The translations under genes and the position numbers were made by a program. Shown one piece after another: positions 13,993 to 27,273 of a stretch of 64,000 nt of DNA; the first letter of the stretch is position 1; every line of letters begins with the position of its first letter. Under the pieces are notes generated by a model. The model was given only the letters and a program-made list of their open reading frames with translations, was not told the origin of the DNA and did not search any database. The stretch comes from Fimicolochytrium jonesii (Eukaryota): contig NW_026515668.1 in assembly GCF_025526975.1 (NCBI RefSeq), forward strand, positions 1,860,001-1,924,000, in the 5' to 3' direction.

Positions 13993-15388
13993 ATGGGCGC
14001 ATCACGCGCGAAAGCCGGCAACATTTCTCACGTCAGAACCGTCCAGAAAGGTACCGACACCCCAGCGACGCCCAACCGAGGCTCGAAGCCACGAAAGCGT
14101 CAAGTCGTGCGAAAGAAGTCGTTCACACGAGGGGAGGGAGAGGAAGAAGAATCGCTTGTGAAAGTAGCAAAGAAGATGGTGAAAACACTCCACTTCAACG
14201 AGTTACTCCCGTGGCAGCAGGTGGGTTGGGTCATATGTACCTCGCCTTTCTGCTAGCCCGCGTCTAAGATACAGACGAAACCAGGACGACTACTACATTC
14301 ACACAGGCTACCGGCCACTCCAAGATTCCTACATCGGCTGCATCCGCACGCTCTCCTACATCCATAACGAGACCGGCAACATCTTCTCCCACAAACTCGG
14401 TGCGTTGCTGTTCGCTGCCGCCTTCTACTTCACCTTCACATACAATATTCTTGGGGAGACGGTGAAAGTCGCTCGGTGGGGCGATTATGCGGCGTTTGGC
14501 GTGTTCCTACTGTCGGCCGTGGTGTGTTTCAGTCTGTCGGCCTGGTTTCATACGGTGATTTGCCATAGTCAGAGAGTGTGCATATTGTTCAACAAGATTG
14601 ATTATTTCGGGATTGTGGTGTTGATCTGGTATGCGTATGCGACCTGCTTGATTGCGCTGCTTGTAAGAAGTCACCCTAATCATAGAGTCGAACCCCTTTC
14701 ACAGTGGATCAACGTACCCAAGCCTCTACTGGGGGTTCTCCTGCCACCCCCACTTTCGAGTAGTCTACTGCACAATGACGACGATCTTTGGTGGCATGAC
14801 AGTACGTCAAAGCGCAACAACAAAGTCTCCCTCTCTCGACGCAGTGGGGCTTACAGGCCTCTATCGCACCAGATGTACACGTCGCTGGCATCCCGGTTCA
14901 GCACGCCAAATCATCGCGATATTCGGACCGCGAGCTTTGTCGGTCTCGGGCTGTCCGGGCTGATTCCCTTGTTACACGGATTCTATTTGCATGGGGTATG
15001 TACGGTGCCCTAGCTCCCATGTGTGTGAATAAAATTCTGAGTTTCAATCTTCCCGTAGATAGCGACATCAATCGAAGCCGTTTCATTCTGGCATCTGATG
15101 GGAATGGCAGCATTCTATATCGTCGGGGCTATAGTGTACACGCTTCGAGTACCCGAACGGATATTTCCGGGTCGTTTTGACATTTGGGTTTGTTTGCATC
15201 TTTCGCACATAGGTTTCAATTTCACACTCGTGTTCGTTTGACTGACTTGGCTTGGTCTCTACTCAATGAAGGGCCACTCACACCAAATCTTCCACGTCCT
15301 TGTTCTCGGAGGGGCGATCACGCACTATCTGGGACTGGTCAAATCGTGTCGATATTGGCGCGAGGGGACACCCCCTTGCCAGCTTTGA
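13993..15388 (+). CDS. PAQR/adiponectin-receptor-like (IZH, haemolysin-III family) membrane protein
   Basis: Multi-exon. Motifs HNETGNIFSH, SAWFHTVICHS, KIDYFGI, RVPERIFPGRFDIWGHSHQIFH. Confidence 0.9.
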
Positions 15389-15654
15389 TGACAGCCGGAG
15401 AAACGGCTGCCGCACACAGGCATGCGGCAAAGGCAGCGGTCGGGCAGGCAGGCAGGCAGGAACCTGATGTGCCAACTCATACCATACTTTTGGACTGGTA
15501 CCTCTATTAGTGAACATGACTAGACTTGAGCTGGTCTTTCGTAGTATTATGCATGACTATAATTGAATCACGCTACACCCTGCGGTAGTTCTACTTCTAA
15601 GTTCTAACACAACCGTAACCTATGCATGAATCGAACGCGCTCGCACTCCATCAC

Positions 15655-17029
15655 CTACTCCTCCTCCCCATCCTCTCCCTCCTCCCACTCCTCCACCCCC
15701 GTCACAACCCTCCCCAACCTCCCCACCACCCTACCCGCCGCCCAAGCCCCCCCAAAACTCATATCATACCAATAGTTCACCGCAACCACCGCGCGGAACC
15801 TGTCGAGCCCTTCCTCCTCTTGCAAAACCTGGTGGTACCACAGTGAGGGGAGGTAGAGGGTTTCGCCGGCGTGAACAGTGACGATTAGGGGGCGGCAGTG
15901 CTGGGTGTAGAGGGGGTGGTCGGTGGGGGAGGGGTGCAGGGGGTTGACGGGGATCCAGGGCGTTGATGTTTGGGGGGAGGTGGGAAGGATGGTCCAGGTT
16001 GGGGGTTCGGTGAAGGAGGTTCGGGTGGGATGGTATGTGGCAGTTGGGAAGAGGCGTTCTGCGAGGGAGGGAGAGATAATTGAGATGTGCTACCATCACT
16101 ACTGAGCGATAGATGTGTCGCACTTACCATAGAGACAGAACTGCTCCTGCGGTGGAATACTTGAAAGCAAGTGCAAGATAAGTAAGTTCCGATTCCGCAC
16201 ATCTCATACTCAACGGCAGCCATCCCAGTTCTCACAGTATAAAAGTCTTCGTCCCGGCCACAACGACATAAAGATTCTCATAGTGATCCTTATGCAGCGC
16301 CGTAACCGATTTCCTCCCACCCATCCAGAAATTCACGGCATCGGGCGGTTTCCCGAACGCGTCGGACGCCCAGGTGATATCGGGGGGTATATCCTCCAAC
16401 AGCTCGGTGAATTCGTCGTGCATGTTGTTATTTTGGGATTGGCAGTAGTAGGTTGGGGGGGCGGGGTCACCCGACCGCCATTGGGAGGAGTCCATCTCTT
16501 CTTCGGCGGAGAGGGTGGTTGCTGATTTTGGGGGGAAGTGAGAGAGGAGGTCTGCAAAAGAGAGTTTTTGTTCATGGGGGAGGACGAAGTGGCCTTCTAC
16601 GACTGCATCGGCGAGTCTAGGGTATGCTTTCCGTGAGATAGATTACAATCTGGGGAAGGGAGGGGAACATGGAAAGCTTACCCGTTGGGCGTAACGGCGA
16701 CCGTCACAGGCTTCGTGACCTTCTGCTCCAGATACATCTTCGATCGCCACCGCTCCATCGCCGGCCAGCTGTCCGCCACATCTACAATATCCTCCAATCA
16801 GTTCATCCAGTCCATCTGCCCTTCCGTCCGTGCTCTAACCCCTCTAACCCCTCTTTCAGCACTCACGCTCGATAACGACGGGAAAGTTATCCCTCACCAG
16901 CCTGCTGAACTCGAGAGCGGTGGGCGGGGCAGGCAGACGTGATACATGCGAACTGCGGAAGGTTCGGGCTTCGCGGGCCTGGGAAATCAGAACGTCCAGG
17001 ATGGTTTGGGATGTGACCTCTGGAAGCAT
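15655..17029 (-). CDS. JMJD7: JmjC (cupin-like 8) hydroxylase, JMJD7-like
   Basis: PTALEFSRLVRDNFPVVI, AVTPNG-LADA, YCQSQNNN, PDAVNFWMG..TALHKDHYENLY, LYLPSLWYHQV, VAVNYWYDM. Confidence 0.9.
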
Positions 17030-17254
17030 TGTGGATGTTTGGCGGAGAGGTTGGGCGGGGCTGCTGAAAAGGTGGAAGGTCAGTTCCCAATGCTGTCCCA
17101 ATGCCAAACAACTTCCGGACAAAACAACCTGAGGCCCCCATCGCACACTTCGACCTGCAGTCCATTCGCACAACTCAGGAACGGACTCCATCAGCACAGC
17201 AGAGGGGCCCACAAACACAGACACTCACCTTCACCAGGAACGCTTCCACCAGAA

Positions 17255-19560
17255 TGTCGGCCTTCCCCACCAACAAACCATCGCCACAACCAGCCTCAAC
17301 GAGGACGACACCATCCGCTCAACAAACGACGACGCTTCCATCTCTCCGACCTCGCGTACAATAGGTTATAAGCCCTGCTTGCGAAGCCGAATAGATCTAA
17401 GGTTTAGTTTCGTACAAAGAAATAGTAGTAGTAGTGGAACCATCGCCACGGGTGCCCCATCGGCGGCCCCGTCGGCACCCGATCTCGCAGATCCCTCACT
17501 CGATCCCTCACTCGATCCCGCACAGCAGATCACACTGCAGAAGCGCACACGGCGCGCACGGCACGCAGAGCCGCAGAGGAATACAAGGAGATCAGAAACC
17601 GGGGGAGACATCGGAGGGAGCAGAAGAAAGGATGGGGCGGTACGAAGAAAGGCTTGTCACGCTGGAGAAGGCCACTCTCACGCTGGAGAAGGCTAGGGAA
17701 GATCACAGAAGGTTCATGGAAGATCAAAAAAGGATGCTGGAAGTCATCATGAGGCAAATTGCACGGCTCCAAACCGCAGAGGAGAAGGAAGCGGACGGAA
17801 TTCTGGAGAAGGAAATCGTCGTACCGAGAAAGAAATTATGCCCACGCCCATCGCTCCTTGCAGGCTGTGCGGCATCACCGGGCACTGGACCAGAGCCTGT
17901 CCTGAACTCGAAGCTGCGAAAACATACTTGAGAAGCGGAACACCAACGAAGAAAAAAGAAGCCGAAGCGAACCTCGTCCTCGGTACCCCCCGCAACGAAG
18001 ACCATAGTATCGCGCTCAACCCGCGCACCTTCAAAGCCGATGCCGAACGACACTGCGAAACGAAGATCAAAGAACCTCGCTGCGATAACGGAGGAAACGG
18101 AATCGCCGAAAGGTTGAACCGCACGATAGCAAATCAAAGCTCGCACCACCATACAGCACACCGGGAACGTACCCAACCTCCGCAACGAAATAGCGTTCAC
18201 GGACTACCTGCGTCAGCGCACACCGAGTGCTGCTACGAACGAAGCGCCGTACCGAGAATGGCTGCGCAGCGCACACCGAGTGCCGCTCCGAACGAGACGC
18301 CTTACCAACGAAAATGCATGGAGGAGAAGCCGATATCTCGAATCAACTGTGGTGCGAAGCCTACCTACAAATCCCGTCATGTTACCTTCAACGAAACGAT
18401 CGAAATCTTCGAATCCCGCGATATGACCTTCAACGCAGCGCATTATCGAAGCGCAATTACTACCGACGTAGACGTTGAACATATCGAAAAGAAAATCCTG
18501 CTTTCGCGCGGCGCTCAAGGCGACCTGCTCGGCGATGGGGTTTTGGGGGAGAACGAGGAAGAAAGAGCGCACGTTCGAAGCGCAACTACCGATGACAAGG
18601 ACGGCGAAATCGTACTACCGGCTATCAACGCAGACACGTCCGAGATCCTCAACGCAGCGCAAGTTCGAGGCGCACCTACCTACCGGCTATCCAACGAAGA
18701 AACGATCGAAATCTTCTCATCTCGCGATGCGGCTATCAACGAAGCGCACGCTAGAAGCGCAGAGAAGAACCACGAACGAAGCTCGGCACCTACCGGCTAG
18801 TCAACGAAGCGCTAACAGTAATGTGGTTGAACCACGAGTCGAACACCAGATGCACGTCATGGGGTATGCGAAGACGCTGCATTCGTCCATCAACTATCCT
18901 GCGAGAGTGTCTCTGCGCACCAACTACTGAAGACAACGACGCCGACGAAGATGGCGAAATCGTACTACCGGCTATCCACGAAGAAACGTTCGGGACCGAC
19001 GAAGAAAAAGCGCAGGTTCGAAGCGCACCTACTGACGACAACGAGGGAAGGTAAAGCGCACGTTCGAAGCGCACCTACCGACGACGACGCCGACGACGAT
19101 GGCGAATACAATATCGAAAAGATCCTTCTCTCGCGCTCGAGACGACTCGCACGGCGACGGGGATCGGGGGAAGAAAAAGGAAGAAAAAGACACGAAAAAG
19201 GGTTATCGTCGCCCCCGTACACGACGCAGGAGAGCGTACAACATACGCACGCGAATGGCACGCGAAGCGCGCAAGAAATGAAACACAACATCGGGCACGA
19301 AACGGTCGACTCGAAATACGACATCCCGTACCTTCCGAAGCCCGCGCTTGCCCATCTACGGTCGCTACAAGGGATACATCCCCCCGAAAACGAAACTCCG
19401 TGAGAGAAACGTTGTATATGCACGAAAGAAGAAGAAGAAGCGCAGATCTGAAGAAAAAAGGAGGAGAAGCGCAAATCTGAAGGAAAAAGGTGGCACGAAG
19501 CCGAGCGCCGGAAAAGGGAGCGATGTTGGTCAAGTGAAAAATGTTGACTTCACCCCTACG
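17255..19560 (+). mobile_element. Decayed, internally deleted Ty1/copia LTR retrotransposon
   Basis: Copia-type PBS-like sequence ACA-ATAGGTTATAAGCCC at ~17358-17375. Coiled-coil gag-like ORF; zinc knuckle CRLCGITGHWTRAC; integrase fragments RCDNGG/NGIAERLNRTI and SRHVTFNE; RNase H-end-like LAHLRSLQGI; purine tract GGAAAAGGGAGCGA followed by TG at ~19510-19525. Boundaries are approximate. Confidence 0.8.
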
Positions 19561-19570
19561 CTGTCGGAGG

Positions 19571-19700
19571 TACAGTCAGTTATCAAAAAGCTGTGCACCC
19601 CCCTGAAATAAATCAGCGACTGCCGTAACGCCAAATTCACGTGAGGACCGACATTGATTTCAATTAGAGGGGGTGCACAGCTTTTTGCTAACTGACTGTA
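19571..19700. mobile_element. Tc1/mariner-type MITE (TA target-site duplication, ~31-bp TIRs)
   Basis: Left end TA-CAGTCAGTTATCAAAAAGCTGTGCACCCCC; reverse complement of right end TA-CAGTCAGTTAGCAAAAAGCTGTGCACCCCC (1 mismatch). No coding capacity. Confidence 0.9.
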
Positions 19701-19990
19701 CCATTTCTCACCGCGTTTTACTAGTCAACTACTAGTTCATTTTGAGGAGAAATTCGCCTTCCGATCGCGTCAAACCTATGTCAACCGACTCGAAGTCGAA
19801 GAAGAAGAAGAAGAAGGCGTATGGAAGTTGGAGTAGGGGGAGCGCTGTACTGAGATGAAGAAAAAGGAAGCTTGTGTGCTGCATCGCACAACATCCATCC
19901 TTCCCCGTACTTCCCACGTCCTCACCGCAAGATGGACTTCCATGTCCCACTCCACCCTATATATCTCCTCTTACCCCTCATCCCCACCCA

Positions 19991-20356
19991 GAAATCATAA
20001 TCTAAACAATCCTCTGGACAGTGATCCTCTTCCCCTTCATGTTCGGCCTCGTGGGCCTTTGGGCCTACATCGTCTTCCTACGAAGCAAGTTCGGGATGGT
20101 ATTACTTTTGGGCTTTGTGGACATCGAGTTGTTTGCAGGGGTGAGCAGTGTGGCCGTTGTTAGTGAGTCTGAAGTCAGATATTGGGAATTTGGGATTTGT
20201 GGGGCTCATATGAACTCTCTAGGGATGTTGTTGGCAAGTGTCTATAACGCGGGCCTGTTTGCAATGGCGACGTGGATTCCGTTGGGGTGGGCTTTGGTGC
20301 AGATTATCATGGTGCTGATTTTGTCGGATGCAGATATTACGTTGAATAATCTATAG
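19991..20356 (+). pseudogene. TMEM170-family membrane protein, probably disrupted
   Basis: EIII*TILWTVILF..GLWA...MLLASVYNAGLFAMATWIPLGWALVQII resembles TMEM170. In-frame TAA at 20003-20005; no clear 5' exon. Confidence 0.55.
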
Positions 20357-20509
20357 AGATGCATGCGCTCACTTGAGAGGAGGGAGGAGGGGGAGATAGA
20401 GGAGCGCTTCTTCGCAAAACACATATTTGGGGAACTTATCCGCTATGTACATATTCTGCAACCAGCACAAACACTATGGCATCTGTACCAAACGCATTGC
20501 CTTGCCTTC

Positions 20510-21836
20510 CTACTCCCGTTTCCTATGAGCAAGCCCACAAATTGCCGCTGTCTCCAATACAATATCCTCAATATCCCCTGTTCCATACCCGCCAAACCAA
20601 ACGCCCTTCCCCACGCCAACCGTCTTCCTCCACCACTCCCTGTACACGATAATAATCGTATCCGCCGGCGCCGCAACGCGCGTATCCACCGCTCTGGCTC
20701 CATACGCCAGATTCTGCTGTAACCCCCTTAGCATGTCATAGTCTTCCTGCAGGACGCGTTTGTTGAAGCGGTGCAACCACCACGCGAAGAACCATTTCAA
20801 TGGCGGGAGGAAGCGGAAGAGGAGAGATGAGGACGGGTCGGGAATGAATGGCATGCGTTGGAAGTAGATGAAGCGGCAGTGGCCTTTGCGGGTGGGGACG
20901 GCGTAGAATGTTTGGTCGAAGGGGCGACGAGGTTTTGTTGGTACTCCTGCTGTTGAGACTTTCTTTGGCACGCGGGTGAACCCGAGCATGATCCCGCACG
21001 GCACTCGGAACTCAAAGTCGACTATTGTCAGATCGGGGCGGTCGGCGGTGACTGGCCGGCATCGGACGGAATCGGTGGTGAAGCGGACTTCGGTGATAGT
21101 CATTTGTGTGGCGTTGGAGCGTTTCGAGATTGTCGTGTCGTGGGTGAAGGGGAGATGCGCTGGGTCCAGGAAATTCTCAACTAGTAGGGAGCTGCAGAAA
21201 GAGGAACGCATTAGCGAATCGCTGGGATTTTGCAGAGATTGGGATACCACGACTCACTGGTCAATATCCAAATCCACATATCCGCTCCACGCCGAAAACT
21301 CATCCTCCCTCCCTCCCATAAGCCGCACCCCAGGCTGCCCGCCATCATCAACCTTCTCCGCCTCCCCCGGCCAAATCCACACCCACTCGTTCGCCTCCCT
21401 TATCGGATACTTCCGAATCTCCACATTAGGCAGTTTGGCGTTCGCCGCCGTGGACGGCACGACGACACACTCCCCGGCGGAATCGTACTGCCAGCCATGG
21501 TATCTGCACTCGAGATTGCCGTTCATGATTCGCCCGGACGACAGCGGCGCGGCGCGATGCGGGCACCGGTCCTCGAAGGCTATGACTTCATGTGTGCTGG
21601 GGTCGCGGTAGATGACTACTGGATCACCCTTTTCGCGGCTAGGGTCAGTTACGGGTCAGACGCGGAAGTCGGGGGGATGGGCTTACCCAGATGTGGTGTT
21701 TGGCGGGTTGGGAGGATGACACCTCGGAGGACGGGATTAACGGGTACCAGTAGTTGCGGACATTGTGCTGGATGTCAAAGAATGCTGCCCGACCTATGCT
21801 TGTGTTGGAGGAGGAGGGGTCGGATGTCGGCGACAT
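20510..21836 (-). CDS. Rieske [2Fe-2S] non-heme iron oxygenase, pheophorbide-a-oxygenase-like family
   Basis: NYWYP, DRCPHRAAPLSSG..LECRYHGWQY (Rieske cluster), ENFLDPAHLPFTH (mononuclear Fe site), VLQEDYDML; two introns. Confidence 0.9.
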
Positions 21837-22095
21837 GTATGCCGCAGAAGTATCAAGACGATGTCGGTGTATTGAAGGGCAATGTCCTTTCACGGACTTC
21901 AGCCGTCTTCCCCCGCGTTCAACCTGAGGCTTGAGCCTCAGAGCCTTCTTCACAATTCGGCCCTCGACGACCTTCTTCACGCGTTCTCTACGTTCGCTCA
22001 CGACACGAGACATGCCATTATTGCAGATACACATACGATAGATACAACAGCCGTGGGACCCTAGACTCCACTTGTCGTCCATCCTTCCTTCCTCC

Positions 22096-23716
22096 TCACC
22101 CATAATAATCCAAAAACCCCAGAACCCCGCTCGCCATAACCAAAAAAATCAGCACCCACACACGGGCGCCCGCAAACCGCCGCTGAGCGCTCTGCAGCTG
22201 CACATTGGCTTTCGTGACCGTCTCGGTGTGTCGCCAGGACTCCTCGTAGAGGGTGTCAATTGTTGTGGCTTGTTGGGTTACTTCGTGCGCGAGGCGCGAG
22301 TGGAGGGAGGAGATTTCCATTAAGAGGGTTGTTGTGTGGCTGTGGTGAGAAGAGGGATTAGGCAATGTGCTATGGAGCAGCAAAGCGATGTGATTCCGCG
22401 AGAAGTTTGAATTGTCGTCACAGCTGATACTTTACCGAACTTGATCCAAACTACTCTCCAAACTCTCCAACAGCTCCACATTATCATTCTCCAACAACAT
22501 TCGCTCCTGCGCCGTCAACGATTTCGCGACATCCTCCTCCTCCTGCGGGCGTACATCCTCCTCATCTCCCGGACTAAACGTCGTCGACGCCAGCCGCGAC
22601 GGTGATAACGATGTCGTCGATGGTCGTGCAGGCGATGTCGTCGACGCTCGACCAGGCGAGGATGTGGTCGACGACCGCGGGAAGGCGGGTGACGGTGCGG
22701 TGGTGGATTTGGGCAGTTTGGAGGATGTGGAGGAGAGGGTTGCGGTGACGGCAGAGGTGATGGTTGAGGGGATGGAGAGGGCGAACGGGAGGAAGGTGGA
22801 GGAGGTTGAGTGCGGGGATTTGTGGAGGGTTGATGTTGGCGTTGATTTTGATGAGTATAGGAAGCTGATGGAAAGGACCGTGGCATCAGGGTATATGTGG
22901 AAGTAAAATGGTCTCGAACGCCGGACTACGAATCGAACATACCTCTCCTGGCTCTGGGTCTTCATCTTCAGTAATCTTTCCTGCATCCGCTTCTGGATCA
23001 GCGACACGTCCATCAGACGCTTTTGTAACAGCCACACGATGGCTCGCCGGTGTTCTTGAAGTAACCGGGCGCGGAACGCCTCCTCCTTGTTTGCAAACAG
23101 CGTACTTATCACGCCCGATGTGCCCGCCGTCTCCTCTACAGCCATGGGGGACACGTTAATGTTGAATACTGCGAGTCCCCACCGCGAGCCCACTTTTTGC
23201 ATACCAGCAATCTTCCCCAAAGCAGCCGTCCTATTGAACAATCCCGCAACGACAGTCTGGATCTGGGTATCCAGCGCCTGCCGGTCTCCATCGGTCATAT
23301 GTTTCAGCTTTGGTAACATTTCCAACAGGGGCAGCTTCCCGTTCGTCCCTGCCCGACCACTAACTCCATCATCCTCATCATCATCATCCAGTAAAGAAGC
23401 AGCACTGGCCGTCTTTAGGTAGTATTTCTGCACCCGCGAGAGGAAATAGTGCAGCTGGTGGATGTGTTCTAGCTTGTCGCGCAGTGAGTTATAGACATCA
23501 CAGACCGAGTGACTACAGCCTACGTACCAGCCTATACCCTTCCTTGAGGAAGGCGTCGTCGAGCGAGTCTATGCTCCGTGTGCGTTTTCGCGAGAGGATG
23601 GGATGGGATGTCTTTGCGGTTGTGTGATCGTTTACGCCGTGATGGCCGTGCTGGGAGGCGGATGCTTTCTGGCGAGCGGCGAGGATTGAGCGGAAGTTGG
23701 GGGTCAGGTCTGACAT
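22096..23716 (-). CDS. UFE1: Syntaxin-18/Ufe1 ER Qa-SNARE
   Basis: MSDLTPNF N-peptide, DAFLKEGYR, SNARE helix TTLLMEISSLHSRLAHEV..IDTL, C-terminal transmembrane segment ending GFLDYYG. Confidence 0.85.
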
Positions 23717-24020
23717 TGCCTTTGCCCTTTTCCTTCTTTTATGTGTTGTTGGGTATTATAGGGAAGTGTTAGCCAGAAACAAAGGTGAGGAGGGGTCAAA
23801 AAGCACAACGTCACACCTCGCTCCACTCGACATTTCCACCCGCACTTGGTCCCCACGACCCCAAGATTGGAGATCGCGAACGGGGAACAGGCAACGGCGG
23901 ACTAAGCTTCTTGTTGTACAGTGAACTACATAGCACACACGTTTCAGTCGAGGACCCTCGTCCTGTAATTACGGGCCCACAATTGTACGGTAAACCCATC
24001 TTCTCAACTTTCTGACGATA

Positions 24021-27000
24021 ATGTTCGGTTGGGGAGGCAAGAAGAAGGCCGACGGCGGGAACACCCCAAAGCCCAAACAGGCCGCAGCTCCTCTCTCCAC
24101 CGGTTATGACCCGTCCGACTTCGACGACGACATCGAGGCGCCCGAACTCTCCGAGTCGGACCTCAACGACCCCGCCCTCTTAGCCGAACTCCAGCAACTA
24201 GCGGGAGCATCCAAACCGAAAAAGGCAGCCTTACCGCCGCCACCGCCGGCACCTGCGAAGCGGAAACCGGCGCCAGCGCGACCGGCGGCTGAAAATGATG
24301 GGGTGGATGTGGAGGCGGTGTTGGCTGGTGTGGATTTTGGAAGCGATGATGTGGAGGTGCAGTTCGATGAGTCGGATATGAGAGATCCGGAACTGCTGGC
24401 TGCTTTGCGGGCTATGGGCGGCGCTGACTCCGCTAGTGATGCGGAGGATGAGAGCCCCGTCTCGCCTGGATCAGATGCATCACGTATCAGCGATGGAGAC
24501 AACTCGCCGGTGTCGGACAAACCTATGCCGAAAGCCCAACCACATGTACCAAAGACTCCCGAGCGCAAGTCATCTTTACATGCCCCACCACCACCACAAC
24601 ATCATGTGGGGCCGGTTGAGACCCAGCTATCCGAGGAAGCACTTGCTTCATCGCAAGAGGAAGAAACACTTCCCTTGGAATACAGACTGAAATCCAAAGA
24701 CGTTACGGTGTTGGCCAAATACGTGCAATTGGAAAAGATCAAAGCCCTAAACAAGAAGCGGGCTGGAGATCGGGAAGGCGCCGTTCAGTCCTTGAGAGAC
24801 TCGAAAGCGCTCGAGCAGCGCCTACAGCAGGTCACCGATGCCATCGAGCGAAAGGAGGCACCTCCTTCGTATCAACCACCAACTACGACGGTCAATGAGT
24901 TCTCACCTCCACCACAACCCATTGCAGTCACCAAGAGCAACATATCCATCTCCGTCACACCTCAAGCCGTGGAACCAGGGACCACGGCAGAGGCGCCTCC
25001 AGAAGTGCAGCTGTCCGTGTCATCGGAAAACGTGGATTTGTCCAATCAGCTCCCAACATCTACTCTGACATTGGAAGCTCTGACGAGGCGACAACTGGAT
25101 TACAAACGACATGCTTTGGAGGCCAAGAAAGCAAACGATCTCGGACGTGCCCGTGAGTTCCTAACCGTCGCGAAGCTGATGCAGGATCCGATCGACTCGT
25201 TGTCCATCGGTGTGGGGTTGCCGGATGGCTATCATCTCCCACCGCCGCCTTCGGAGATGCCTATCACACAACCTGCGGAGGAGGCCAAGCCAGCGGCCGC
25301 AAGTACCCCTGTCAAAACGCCACAGAAAGCGGGCATGAAAGCGTCCGCAACAAACCAAACTCCAACGAAGAATAATGGCACGCCGGGCAAAGACGCTCCC
25401 CACACACCCCTAGGGGTCGTCGTCCGCGAAACCATCGACCTAGGCAACATCTCCCACCCCACCTCCTCCGCCTCCCCCACCATCAAATCCGGCGCCGACC
25501 TCTTCCAACACATCGAAACCGCCCTCGAATCCCAAATCGCAACCTGCACAACCGTTGCGGCACACTACTACAAGCAAACCAAGAAAAACGAAGCGCTAAC
25601 CTTCCACAAGATGAAAAAGGGCCTCCAAACCGATCTGGATACCCTCCGCGTGCTCAAAGCGACGCCGAACGCCCAGGCGCCCGCGTTCAAGTACACGATT
25701 TTGCGGTATGAGATCGAGCAGGCGATACCTGAGATTGCGCCGGATGAGATGGAGATGCAGATTGTGCGGGCGTGGGATTTGGGAAGTAGGGAGGTGAAGA
25801 GTGAGGATGTGGAAAGTCTTGTTGCTTTTGATCTGGGGTGGCCGGTTGATGAGGCGACCTCGGAGACGGCGGCGGAGGGGAAGGGAGAGACGGGGACTGT
25901 GAAGCGGAATGCTGCGCCGGGTGAGCTTCTTGGTTGGGTTTCATGCGCCCTCTCGGACAATAGGGACTCATGCGGTCTCGGCTTTCTTCTCTGCAGAATA
26001 TGCCTTCTCCCGAAAAGTAAAGATCGCCCGAACGCGGGGGTTCCAGCGGTATCTTGAACGCAAGAAAGCTACATTCGAGGTATTCCACTACCAGCGGGGG
26101 TTCCTGCTCCTCGGGAAACGCGTGTCGCTCGGGCGAATACAGGTGAAGATGGAGCCGCTACTCACAAAGTGCGAGGTTCATGAGATCGCAGAAGTATGAT
26201 TTTCATATTCCAAGGCAAACTGGGTGAAGAGCTCAATGTCTAAAGCCTTCCAATTCACAGCTGGTCGACGCCGCCAATCCCCGCCGCACAACAGGCGGCA
26301 AGATCGAAGTCCGGCTCCGTCTGCGCAGCCCCATCAGCAAACCCGACGTGGTCGTCAAGGAAGAACGATGGCTGACCATCGACTTCAGCGGCGGCGCGGG
26401 CACGAATGTCGTCACGACCCCCGTCTCTGCTTCCTCGGACGCCAGCCCGCTCTCAATCACCTCCCCGGAGGGCCTCTCGCCCGCGTCAGCGTCCCCAGCG
26501 AAACCCAAACCGGCTCGCGCGCCGTCACCTAACCACCTAACACCCGCCGGGCCACAAGCACCCTCATCGGCTCAACCGCCAAAACGCCAGCCCTCGCCTC
26601 AAACCCAACAGCAGACCCAACAACCACCCCGCGCAAACACCCCATCCCCGCAAACCCCCACCCCCACCGCCGGGACCACCGAAGACACCACCGACCTCGA
26701 ACTCCAATTCGCGTCCCCGGACACCCTCGTCTCCAACGCCGTCCTCGAAAAGGAGCTCGAATCCGTCACCCACCAGATCCTCGCTCTCCAAAAACAGCCC
26801 TCCTCCCCGACAACGACGTCCACCCTCGAAGACCTCCAGGACAAGAAGCTCGCGTACGAATTACGCATGAACATGCTTGTGCTCCGTGTGCAGGGCGGGT
26901 TGAGTATGGATGGTTATGTGAATGAGGTCAAGAAGGCGATTGGGGAGACGACGAGGATGGCGCAGGCGTTTAAGAGGGCGGGGAAGGTGGAGTTGGCGCG

Positions 27001-27073
27001 GCAGGCGTTGATGAGGGTTAAGTGGATGAGGGCGGAGGTGGAGGAGGTGGAGGCGGCGTTGGCGGAGGGGTGA
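24021..27073 (+). CDS. CC2D1: CC2D1/Lethal-giant-discs-like protein (DM14 repeats plus C2 domain)
   Basis: DM14-like LTRRQLDYKRHALEAKKANDLGRAREFL; C2 segment FEVFHYQRGF..LGRIQVKMEPLLTKCEVHE..TGGKIEVRLRLRSP; C-terminal SNAVLEKE..ALMRVKWMRAEV. Confidence 0.85.
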
Positions 27074-27273
27074 GAGGGAGGGTTAGGTGCGTCGGGACGT
27101 GACCTGGTCAACTTACAAGTAAGGGGATCGAAACCAACGTCCAAAAGACTCGAATTTGATTTTCATCTCTCGAAAGGGATCAAATTGCTCCTTCGCATTG
27201 CTACCGCCGCCAGTCTCACAAGAACGCCGTTGTTCTCCATTTCCAAAAAAAAAAGAGACGTATGTAAATAGAT

